IMG/VR virus record: IMGVR_UViG_3300005608_000006
Coordinates: 1 to 61,109 of that record
Strand: one strand, 5' to 3'
Origin: a virus
Taxonomy: Duplodnaviria > Caudoviricetes
Length of the DNA stretch: 61,109 bases
In this document: positions 8,869 to 19,300 of the stretch, piece by piece
Numbering within the stretch: position 1 is the first letter of the stretch
Layout of the letters: each line of letters starts with the position of its first letter
The notes under the pieces: model-generated
Seen by the model: only the letters and a program-made list of their open reading frames with translations
Told to the model about the DNA's origin: nothing
Database searches by the model: none
Made by a program: the position numbers and the translations under genes

Positions 8869-9596
8869 CAGTTATAATGATAGGATGGTTTTGTAGTTTT
8901 CTTTGGTAACTTGCCACTTCTGACTTTACTACCCGAAGTTGAGCCAGCACCCGTAGGGTGTGAACCTGCTCTGGATTTACCGAGAGAGATGGACTTATCT
9001 TTACTTCCTTTTTCAGTTGTGTGGAGTTTTGCAGGTTTGTTTTTATCTTTTGTAATGACAGACTCTTGACCATGCTTTCTGCCAAGACGACGCATGACCT
9101 TGCCGAAACGACGCTTGGACATTTTATCGGGTTTTGAGGTTTGATAAGAGACTTCACGACCTGTTCCTTCACCTGATGAATATTTATATTCTCCTACTCC
9201 TTTTTTATATCCTATTCCTTTTTTCTTTAAATCTTTTTCTAACCCTTTACGAGATGAACGATTCTTTGATTCATCACTACCTCTGTCTGCAGAGATGTGA
9301 CCAGTTACATTCTTTTTAGACTTAGAAAGCATCCTAGCAGTAGGATTACCTTCGACTAAATTGATAAAATCTTTATAGTACATAACCTTTAATTGATCTT
9401 GTAAAGCAAGTTTATTAGCAGTAAGTGTCATAACTTCTTTATCACGCTTACCATATAGTCTTTTGAATCTATGACTACTCTTATTCTTCATACCACGGAT
9501 AATTCTTTCTGCCTCTTGATTGACAGGACCAAGTTGAGAAGCCCCAAATCCTTGAGGCTTTTCTCTACCTAAATCTTTTTTCCGTTCGTTTAACAT
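8868..9596 (-). CDS. Basic hypothetical protein
   Basis: 242-aa K/R-rich ORF (ISADRG...LGRKHGQESVI), coupled to both neighbours by TAATG. Confidence 0.75.
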   Translation of the reverse strand: MLNERKKDLGREKPQGFGASQLGPVNQEAERIIRGMKNKSSHRFKRLYGKRDKEVMTLTANKLALQDQLKVMYYKDFINLVEGNPTARMLSKSKKNVTGHISADRGSDESKNRSSRKGLEKDLKKKGIGYKKGVGEYKYSSGEGTGREVSYQTSKPDKMSKRRFGKVMRRLGRKHGQESVITKDKNKPAKLHTTEKGSKDKSISLGKSRAGSHPTGAGSTSGSKVRSGKLPKKTTKPSYHYN

Positions 9597-10135
9597 TAGC
9601 CACCGACGACTTGAATTTCTTCAACGACGATTGCTCCAGAACCTGCAGTGATTTTAACTGCACGCTTTACTACTGCTTGACTACCAGAGTATGCATAAGT
9701 GTAATCAGCAGGTGCACTAGATGAATCGATATCAGTACTAATAGTACTACCTGTTACAGCAGTAACTTTTTTACCTGCTGTTCCTGCAGATAAGAAGTTA
9801 GAGTTTATGGCAGGTGATGTAGAATCATCTTCTACAGCAATGAAATCATCAACTGAGAATGGGTGTGTATCTGCTCTTTGTCCTAGATGAACTCCGAGTG
9901 TATAATCAGCAGTGCTATCATCTACTGCTTTTACAATTCTTGCTTGACCAGGTTTTGCTCCTGATTTAAGGAGGAGTGCTTCATTCTGAACTAATGTGAT
10001 AGCAGGTCCACCATTAAATGATACTGTAGATGCTGCTGCTGTTGCAAGAACTCTATAATATCCTGTTTGTACTACTTGATATTCTGTTGCTGATCCAGAG
10101 ATAGCATTAGTACTTAATACTTTTAATACGGGCAT
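9596..10135 (-). CDS. Hypothetical protein, probably virion structural
   Basis: 179-aa beta-rich S/T/A/G composition; late promoter at 10165-10171. Confidence 0.7.
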   Translation of the reverse strand: MPVLKVLSTNAISGSATEYQVVQTGYYRVLATAAASTVSFNGGPAITLVQNEALLLKSGAKPGQARIVKAVDDSTADYTLGVHLGQRADTHPFSVDDFIAVEDDSTSPAINSNFLSAGTAGKKVTAVTGSTISTDIDSSSAPADYTYAYSGSQAVVKRAVKITAGSGAIVVEEIQVVGG

Positions 10136-10147
10136 TGTCGTGTCGTG

Positions 10148-10579
10148 TTATTTCGTGTCCTTTTTATTTATCTCTTTTTGTTGCTTTAACATCTTTTGTA
10201 AATCTGCAGTGCTACCAATGAACATTGTATTGTTTACAGTAGATGGTGAATTCTTCTTTTCATCTTCATCTAGATCTTTCATTTTTTTCTGAAGATCAAT
10301 AAGTTTATCTGCTACATCTCCAACGTTTTTAATTAATTGACCTGCAACTTCATATGCACGAGGATGATCTGATGCTTGTGCTACTTCTAATATACCATCT
10401 ACTGCCTCTTGTCCTTTCATTACTAAATTATGTAACTGAGCACGAGACATCTCATAATCCTGTTGTATATCAGGACTATCAGTTTTCTTTAATTTTGGTT
10501 TAACGCTTTCAACGTGCTTTGCTAGTTCTGAAGGTTCATTACCAAAAGCATCATTTAAACCATCGTAAGGATTTGCCAT
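10148..10579 (-). CDS. gp16: Terminase small subunit gp16
   Basis: DYEMSRAQL, ASDHPRAYEVAGQLIK and NNTMFIGSTADLQK; follows gp15. Confidence 0.93.
   Translation of the reverse strand: MANPYDGLNDAFGNEPSELAKHVESVKPKLKKTDSPDIQQDYEMSRAQLHNLVMKGQEAVDGILEVAQASDHPRAYEVAGQLIKNVGDVADKLIDLQKKMKDLDEDEKKNSPSTVNNTMFIGSTADLQKMLKQQKEINKKDTK
10165..10171 (-). promoter_or_regulatory. Late promoter ATAAATA
   Basis: Lies in the 3' end of gp16, 30 nt upstream of the ATG at 10135. Confidence 0.6.
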
Positions 10580-11610
10580 TAGATTGCGTCATCGTTACCT
10601 GATACAGGATTACGTTTCTTTTGATCTGTGAACTCAGAATATAATTCACCAAATCCAAAGTCATCATCAGATTCTAGTAGATCATCATCTGCACTATCGA
10701 TCAATAATACGTTAGCACCTGCAGCAGCTGCTGCTTTAGTAGTTGAATTATATCCTCTAGTAACTGTAAGATTATTACCATTTATATTAGTTACATGCAT
10801 AACCTCAGATCCAATTTGAATCTCTTGCCATTGTGCAATACCTGATGCACTAGCAACTGTTATTAGTCTATCATTATCATCAATAAGATTCGCTAATGTA
10901 GTTACTGCAACACCATCTCTATCAACAAGTGATTTTGGAGTTGCTTGATAACGAACATTTCTTGGTGCTGATACTGTATTTGTATCTGCGTATATATCTG
11001 TGATTGCCTTCTTGATAACTTTCTGTTCTGTAACAGGACCGTATAGGAAGGTTTTAGTTGAGAATCTTAGGGTGTATATTATTGCTCTTCTAGTAGCAAA
11101 GTCTCCTTCGTAACTATCTTCGTAATCAATATTTTGTAAGACAACAGGAACATCCTTTGTCTCATTCATTGTAGGTAATAACTTAACTGATAGATTATAA
11201 TGAGGTTGAAAGAATGGTAAAATCTGTTCTAAAATTTGAAGACCATCTTCTTGGTTTTTAGAAATTATTGCTAATTCAAAATCAATATTATAAGGAACTG
11301 GCATGAATACATTAGAGTTCTTAGTACCTGATTTTGGTATTTTTATTTTTTGAGTAGGAGCAACTTTTCTAGTAGAATCATATGTAATACTTACAATCTC
11401 AAAACCAATTCTAGGTAAAGTAATCTGAACTCTTTTATTGGTTGGATCTGGAACAGCATCTAGTCTTGCTAAGAATTTTTGTTTAGGACCATATGCCAAA
11501 GGCACTTTCATAACCTCGTCATTACGACGAAGCTCAATATTATTAAACAACGTTCCAAAAGCAACGATTGTTTTTCTAAAAATTTCGTGATAAGAATAAG
11601 TGCCTAACAT
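10579..11610 (-). CDS. gp15: Tail sheath stabilizer / tail completion protein gp15
   Basis: YHEIFRKTIVAFGTLFNNI, VPLAYGPKQKFLARL, LPRIGFE and QILEQILPFFQP; extra C-terminal beta-domain. Confidence 0.95.
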   Translation of the reverse strand: MLGTYSYHEIFRKTIVAFGTLFNNIELRRNDEVMKVPLAYGPKQKFLARLDAVPDPTNKRVQITLPRIGFEIVSITYDSTRKVAPTQKIKIPKSGTKNSNVFMPVPYNIDFELAIISKNQEDGLQILEQILPFFQPHYNLSVKLLPTMNETKDVPVVLQNIDYEDSYEGDFATRRAIIYTLRFSTKTFLYGPVTEQKVIKKAITDIYADTNTVSAPRNVRYQATPKSLVDRDGVAVTTLANLIDDNDRLITVASASGIAQWQEIQIGSEVMHVTNINGNNLTVTRGYNSTTKAAAAAGANVLLIDSADDDLLESDDDFGFGELYSEFTDQKKRNPVSGNDDAI

Positions 11611-11612
11611 GC

Positions 11613-12545
11613 TTAAATTGTAGTATCATTAGTAGAACCAACAGTTCCAAATGGATTTGATTCAGTGAAGTCAATAATATCATCATCAGCAGTCTCAAAG
11701 ACAAAGTTCTGATCGATAGTATCTTCTGTATTAACGTTATTTAGGGTATTATATGATGCAGATGTCCAAGCAGCACCTGAGGTCTGTCCTGTGACCGTCT
11801 CAGGGATCGTAAAGATGCCACTCCTATTGAATACCTGTAACTGTCTATTAGAGGAATCCCATGCCTTAACCTCTGCAGTTACATTAGATGCTCCACCTGC
11901 AACTATCTCACCAACTGTGAAATCACCAGTGCCTCCAGTAGCAAAGTTAACTGTAATAGCATTAGCAAAGGCAACTTCAACTGCATCGATCTCTGCGATT
12001 CCTGTGTCGATGTCTTCGTCGCTGTACTCGAATAGTTCACATTGAACTTCCCAAACATAACCTTTTCCTAATTGATAAAATGGTCTTTCTGCTTCTACAA
12101 ATTTAATTTCAAACAAATGCTTTGTTACAGGAAACCAAATTAGATCCCCTTCATTGGGTCGTCCTTCGACATTAAGGACTTCAAGATCATCAACCTTTTC
12201 TTTAAATTTTTCACGGGAGAAAATAAAAGTTGTCTTGTCTTCGATACGGACTCCAAATTTGCTAAGTAACTCACCTTGTCCTTCCCATCCTTCAACATTA
12301 TTGACATATGCTCTAATCGCTCTCGCACTATCGAATTGCGAATCCGAGTCCTCCCCAAAGACCGTATCTTTGTTGACAATCGTTCTCGGAACATAGTAAA
12401 TGTCTTGCCCATAAATTTCAATAGTTTCAACTAATAAGTTTTCAAAAAATTTTTGTTCTTGAGCAGAACCGTTTAATTGTAAACGTGAACTACTACTATA
12501 GTTAGACTGGTTGTAGTCTTGTGCTGGTGAGTTGGATATAGCCAT
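11613..12545 (-). CDS. gp14: Neck protein gp14
   Basis: ETIEIYGQDIYYVPR, LLSKFGV, RPNEGDLIWFP, PFYQLGK and CELFEYS. Confidence 0.95.
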   Translation of the reverse strand: MAISNSPAQDYNQSNYSSSSRLQLNGSAQEQKFFENLLVETIEIYGQDIYYVPRTIVNKDTVFGEDSDSQFDSARAIRAYVNNVEGWEGQGELLSKFGVRIEDKTTFIFSREKFKEKVDDLEVLNVEGRPNEGDLIWFPVTKHLFEIKFVEAERPFYQLGKGYVWEVQCELFEYSDEDIDTGIAEIDAVEVAFANAITVNFATGGTGDFTVGEIVAGGASNVTAEVKAWDSSNRQLQVFNRSGIFTIPETVTGQTSGAAWTSASYNTLNNVNTEDTIDQNFVFETADDDIIDFTESNPFGTVGSTNDTTI

Positions 12546-12551
12546 TAGTGA

Positions 12552-13358
12552 TTACCCCACTAAGTCTAAAGGAGGAAGTTCGTAGGTCTTACGAAGTGTC
12601 TCTTCAAGATCTTTTTTAAATTGACTAGCATCTTCTAGAATTCTACGACCGTTAAGTGTAACACCACCTAACATTTGAATCCCATCATACTTACTTAGGT
12701 TCCTTCCCCATTGCTGCATGAATAATGCTTCAACATAATCCTTTAACCAATTATCATTAAACATACTTGTAAATGTAACTGGATCTTGTCTTAAAGACAT
12801 TTCAACTAATAAGAAATCACCTGCTGTTAAATCTGCCCAATCCATATCAAGATATAATCTACCTTGATGTTCATTAAATCTTACTCTACGATCTCTTTGT
12901 GAGTTAGTAACCCAATCAAGAGTTTCAAGATACTGTGAAGTTAAGAAGTAATGTAAAATATGTCCATGCGTCATAGCATAGATATCATTTAAAAATATTT
13001 GATATTTAATATTGAAAATATTACCTGGCACAATACTAGATGCACCAATCTGTGAATACACATGATTGACTCCTAAAGTACCTGGTGGTAAATCAACATA
13101 ATTATTTGCTTCATACCATGCTGAAGAACCTGCTTGAGTAGTTCCTTGTGCAGCAGTCTTGATAGCGTCTGTAACCTCTATCTTCATAAAGGTTTTGTAA
13201 CTACCATTGTAATGATACTCTTGGTAGTAATCTATTGCTTCTTCAATTAGATCATCTAATTGTTCTGTAGCAACGTTAATGTCTATCGTAGGATATCCTA
13301 ATCTACGAAGAGCATAGTCTTTTAGTTCTGTTTTAGAAGCTGGTTTAGTAGCAGACAT
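12552..13358 (-). CDS. gp13: Neck protein gp13
   Basis: LKDYALRRLGYPTIDINV, WLKDYVEAL and QWGRNLSKYDGIQMLGGVTLNG. Confidence 0.95.
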   Translation of the reverse strand: MSATKPASKTELKDYALRRLGYPTIDINVATEQLDDLIEEAIDYYQEYHYNGSYKTFMKIEVTDAIKTAAQGTTQAGSSAWYEANNYVDLPPGTLGVNHVYSQIGASSIVPGNIFNIKYQIFLNDIYAMTHGHILHYFLTSQYLETLDWVTNSQRDRRVRFNEHQGRLYLDMDWADLTAGDFLLVEMSLRQDPVTFTSMFNDNWLKDYVEALFMQQWGRNLSKYDGIQMLGGVTLNGRRILEDASQFKKDLEETLRKTYELPPLDLVG

Positions 13359-13364
13359 TTGTTA

Positions 13365-16300
13365 TTAACTGAATGAATTAATAGTCAAGGCAGAAACATC
13401 ATTAGCAGCGACAGTTTCTCCTTTTTTGAAGAATCCATCAACATTATCAACGGTAATTTGATTAGTTCCAAGAGCAGTGATAGTTCCAGTAGTTCCACTG
13501 GTTGCTCCTGTGACAGTTGATCCGACTTCCATTGTTGTAATGTCAGAGAGTGCTAATGTTGCATTAGTTGCAACGGTAGCGATATCAACTGTTGCACCAT
13601 TACCATGAATTGCAGAAACAGGTATAGTAGCACTGTTTCCATGTATAGCGGATACTGGAAGTTGTGCTCCATTTCCATGAATTGCTGTTACATCAAATGT
13701 AAGAGCAGCAGCACCGCCACCACCAAGTTGTGCATCTAAAACAGTGACTGTTTCATTGACAATGAATCCAGATCCATCATCTGTGACGGTAACAGAATCA
13801 ACAGTTCCACCAGTGCCAATCACAACGGTGAATGTTGCGTTAGCACCAGATGCTTGAGTAGAATAATTAGATGTTCCTAAGTTATAAGTGCCAGGAGTTC
13901 TTGCTGCATCAGTTGCACCAAAGTTACCTACAGTCTTAATTCCAGAAGCATTAGCATTAACAATAGTTATAACTTCAGATGCTGCATATCCAGATCCATC
14001 GTTATTAATCGTTGCTCCTGTTATAACACCATTTGAAGTTGTAATATCAAGAGTTAATCCAGTTCCTGATCCAGATGATTGTGTAGTAATAGCAGTTCCG
14101 TTTGCATATCCTGTACCTGCATCACTGAACGAACCAAGAGTATTAACACCAGTTGCGTTTGCATTTGTGATAGTTAGAACTTCACTAGCAGCATATCCAG
14201 ATCCTGCAGCATTAAGAGCGACAGCTGTAAGTTGACCATCTGCATTAACAGTAAGATCAACGGTTGCACCAGTTCCAGATCCACTTGAAGAAGTGGCGAC
14301 TCCTGTCAATGCTGAGTATCCAGTACCAGCAGCACTAATAGAACCTAAAGTCTTAATATTGGTTGCGTTTGCGTTAACAATAGTTACTGTGTCACTAGCA
14401 GAGAATCCAGTTCCACCAGCATTGATAACAATGTTTGTAAGGACACCAGCATTTGCTGTAATATCAGCAGTCATTCCAGATCCATTTCCTCCAGTAACTG
14501 CAATTCCAGTTCCACTAACATATCCAGTTCCACCAACGATAGATGCTAAGTTAAGTGTTAGTGCTTTACCTGCATTTGCGTTCGTAATTGTAACTGTATC
14601 TGTAATTAGATAATCAGATCCACCTGAGGATACTGCAGCATCAGTAATGTTTCCATTGCCATCAACTGTAGTTGTTACAGTTAATCCAGATCCACCACTA
14701 GCAGCACCAGAAGTTGCAACTCCACTAGCAGCAGAGAATCCTCCTCCACCACCATTAGAAACAGATGTTAAAACAACAGCACCTGGTGTAGGATCTCCAG
14801 AAAGATTAAGTGTAAGAGTTGTAGATGTTGCAAGGTTATTAAGCATTGCACTTAACTGTTCAAATGCATGGTCAAGTTTTGTCTGAACTCTTGCTTCTGT
14901 AAAGTATAATTGTGCTGATCCTTCAGCTAAATCATCTGTAGTATGATTAGCAAGATTTGCTGCTTGAGTTGCAGTTCCAGTAACATTACCTTGAACATTA
15001 CCAACAAGAGTATTAGTGAGGGCTATATCGTCAACGTAAAGAGCTGACCATTTCTTACTACTTTGACCAAGATTTCTAGTTGAATCTGTATCAGGATTTA
15101 TATTTCTTGCTACAGTAATAGATGATAAAAGATTACCTGTGAGATCTCCTACTACATTACCAGTCATGGTATCAATAGCTGCAGCATCAGCATGGATATT
15201 AGACCATTGTTTGCTTGAAGTTCCTAAAGTACTTGCTGAATCTACAGCAGGTTGGATATTATTTGAAACAGTAATAGATGCTGTCAAATTACCGTCTACG
15301 TTTCCAACTAGGTTACCTGTAGTAGTAGTAATAGCTGCAGCGTCAGCGTAAATGTTTGACCATTTACTGCTTGAAGATCCTAAAGTGCTAGCTGAATCTA
15401 CAGAAGGTCGGATATTATTTGAAAGAGTGATGCTAGCTGTTAAGTTACCATCTACGTTTCCAACTAGGTTACCTGTAGTAGTAGTAATAGCTGCAGCATC
15501 AGCATGGATATTAGACCATTTTTTACTTGAAGATCCTAAAGTGCTTGCAGAATCATTAACAGGTCGGATATTATTTGAAGTAGTAATAGATGCTGTTAAG
15601 TTACCTTCTACATTACCAATTACATTACCAGTCATGGTATCAATGGCAGCAGCGTCAGCGTGAATGTTTGACCATTGTTTACTTGAAGATCCTAAAGTGC
15701 TAGTTGAATTTAAAGCAGGTTGGATGTTATTAGAAACAGTAATAGATGCTGTTAAATTACCTTCCACGTTTCCAATTACATTACCAGTCATGGTATCAAT
15801 AGCTGCAGCATCAGCATGGATATTAGACCATTGTTTACTTGAAGATCCTAATACACTTGCTGAATCTGAAGCAGGTTCTATATTATTTGAAACAGTAGTG
15901 GTTGCTGTTAAATTACCTTCTACGTTTCCAACGAGGTTACCTGTAACAACGTCAATAGCAGCAGCGTCAGCATGAATATTAGCCCATTGTTTACTTGAAG
16001 ATCCTAATACACTTGTTGAATCTGCAGCAGGTTGGATATTATTTGAAACAGTAGTGGTTGCTGAAAGATTACCTGTTAAAGAAGTAGCAGTAATTACATT
16101 TGCAGAAAAATCACCAGATGCGTCTCTTAAGACGAGGTTGTTTGCAGCACTAGAAGATGCACTAGCAACGTTAATTGTAGTATTACCAGAAACACCATCA
16201 GCATTAGTAAGAGTAATTCCAGACGATGCGGTGACTTCGAGAGTTCTTTGGGCATAAGTTCCAGTTCCTGTTCTTACAACATAACCAGTTCCAGACATAG

Positions 16301-19300
16301 CAGCAAGACCAGTGCTATCAGCATCAACGAATGTTGTTGTAATTGTTGGAGCAGAACTACCATCTACAGATACAGAACCTTGAACAACACCATCAAGGGT
16401 GAATGTTCTAGCAGTTTTCCATGCATCAGCAGTAGATGCGTTACCTAAGAAACCTGCACTAGATCCTGTGCCACTGGCAGCAGTGATTTGATTAGCAGAG
16501 AAATCACCAGATGATCTAACTACAACACTATTACCAGTTGTGTCTGTGGCACTTGTGTTTAATCCATCAAGTAAATCTGCGTTTAGATTATTAATTTTGT
16601 CAGTTGTAGGTATAACAAGAGCAGGTCCAGATGATACCTGAGATATAATTTGTCCGTCTACTGTTAATGTTCCATCAATATTAGCATTAGCATCAACATC
16701 AAGTGTAGTTCCAGAACCAGTAAGATTTAAAGAACCAGCTCTTAGAGCACCATCAGTTCCTCCGAATACTTCAGAAGTATTAGTTGCACCTGTTATAAAA
16801 GCAAATTGATTTGCTGATTTATCATATCCAAAAAATCCAAGTCTTGCTTGTGTATCATAATATCTAAATTCTATACCCTTATCTTTACCATCATTAGATG
16901 CTGGTGCAGTGTCTCCACCAACAGTAATTACAGGATCATCGACTGTCATTACAGTAGAATTAACTGTAGTCGTAGTTCCATTTACAACTAGATTTCCAGA
17001 AACAGTATAATCACCTTGAGTTACGATATCTCCAACAACTGTTAATGATCCTTGTGTTTCTACGTCACCTGTATTTGTAGCTATTACAAACTTATCAACT
17101 CCCGATCCGTTTTGTACTTTAAATGTTTTATTGTCAGCAGTTATAGTAACATTGTCATGAGTTACTAAAGCACCAGAAATATCAGCACTACTATTAAGAT
17201 CAAGAGCACCAGTAAGTTCTGTGCCACCATAAACTCTTAATCCTTCACCGATAGCAAGGTTCTTACCGATACCTGCACCACCAGTTAGTTTGAATGCACC
17301 ATCAGCAGCATAAGATCCAGTCAGAGTTTGCTGAGTGTTTCTAGTAATTGTAGTGACATTAGAAACACCTAATGTGTTATTAATTTGAGTAGCACCACCA
17401 ACGGTTACCTCACCAATAATATTTGTATTACCATTATCAGTATCTACTGTGAACTTATCAACTGAAGATCCATTTTGAATCTTGAAGTTTTCATTGGAAG
17501 CATCAACAATTAAAGAATCATTGATAGTTGTCTGACCTTGAACAACTAAAGTTCCATCAGTTGCTACGTTACCTGTAGAAGAAGCAACAGTAAACTTATC
17601 AGTTGTACCTGATCTAACTGCAAAGTTATTATCAACATCTACAGTTCCGTTAAACTCGGAGTTGTTTGTAACAGTTAGAGTTCCACCAAGTGTTGTATTA
17701 CTATCAACATTAAGAGTGCTATTTAATTCTGTGTGACCATCAGCAGTTAGCGTTCCTTCAATATTAGTATTACCAGTTACGTTGTCAACGAAGAACTTAT
17801 CAGTAGTTCCGTTTCTAACAGCGAAGTCTGCATCAATATCAGTTACACCATTTACATTAAGTGTGCCTTCGATTACTGTATTACCAGTAGCATTAGCAAC
17901 TGTAAACTTATCTGTTGTTCCATTTCTAACTGCAAACGCTGCATCAACATCTACAGTTCCGTTAAATTCTGTATTACCTGCAACGTCAAGAGTTCCTTGA
18001 ATATCTGTATTACCACTAGCACCTAAAACACTAAACTTAACTGTATCACCAGAGTTTTTCTTACCAACAAACAAACCTTGACCAGATGAAGTTCCACCAA
18101 CATGTAAAGTTGTTCCAATACCTGCACCACCAAATACCTTTAAGTTTGCATTAGCGTGTGAAGCATAAGAAGGTGTATATACAAAACTAGAACCAACGAA
18201 GTGTTTATATCTTATGTTTAGGAAGTTTCTAAATCCAAAGTTCTCAGTCGCATCATCTTTCTGGTTAAGATCACCGTTGATATAAACATCACTATTGAAT
18301 ACTGTATCACCTTCAACATATCCACCACCATCAAATCTGAATGCACCATAATCATTTGACTGAATATCATAAAGACCAGTTCCATTATTCAATGAAACAG
18401 TTGGTTCATCTGTGTCTTCAAAACGAACTGTAGATGCAACATTTAAAGTGCTATTAGCATCAATAGCACCTGTATTAGTTAAGATACCTGTGATATTAAC
18501 GTTACCTGTTGTAGATTGTAACTCAATTTTAGTAGTTCCAGATCCATTATTAAGTTGAAGTGTCTTAGAAGCACCTTGCAACACGATGTTATCGTCAAAT
18601 CTAGATGTGCTATTTGCTCTAAATGTGCCATCTACATCTAATAGTCCACCAATATTAACGTCTTGTGCAATACCAACACCACCTAATACTACCAAATCTC
18701 CAGTAGAATTAGATGTTGAATTAGTATTTGTTGTAAGTTTTAAGTTACCTGCAGTTATACCTGATGCAGTTCCAGTAAAAACTTCAGAATTATTTGTAGC
18801 AGCATGAAGGAAATTAAATCCACCACCGTGTCCTCCAAGGTCAGTGTAGTTTGTATCCCAACCGAAGAATCCTAATCTTGCTTGTGTATCATAATATCTG
18901 AATTCAACACCACGATCTTTGTTATCATCAGATGCTGGTGCAGTATCTCCACCAAGAGTGATGATAGGATCATCTAAAGTTGTAATAGTTGAATTTACTG
19001 TAGTTGTTGTGCCATCAACTTGAAGATTACCACGAATCGTTACCTTACCACTAACATCTCTGTCATCATTAGGGTCAATTAATATATCTCCTGTAGCACC
19101 AATGTGATCCGCTTGGAATCTCATTGTTTCAATATGAACTTTACCAGCTGAATCTGTTGCTTGAATATCAACTACATTCTCAGCACTAACTGTAACTTGA
19201 CTAGATCCAGATCCACCATTTTGTGCAGAGATGGATAAAGTTCTAGGGGATGTAGTATTCTGTTGAAGTAAGAATTGTAAATCACCATCGCCAGTTTTGT

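Noticed and set aside
8858-9172. 104-aa minus-strand ORF overlapping 8868..9596
   Set aside because: Alternative frame almost entirely within a better-supported, translationally coupled gene.
14980-16070. Possible CRISPR array or DGR template/variable repeat
   Set aside because: The repeats are in-frame 156-bp coding units without unique spacers, differences are not adenine-restricted, and no cas or reverse transcriptase gene is in the window.
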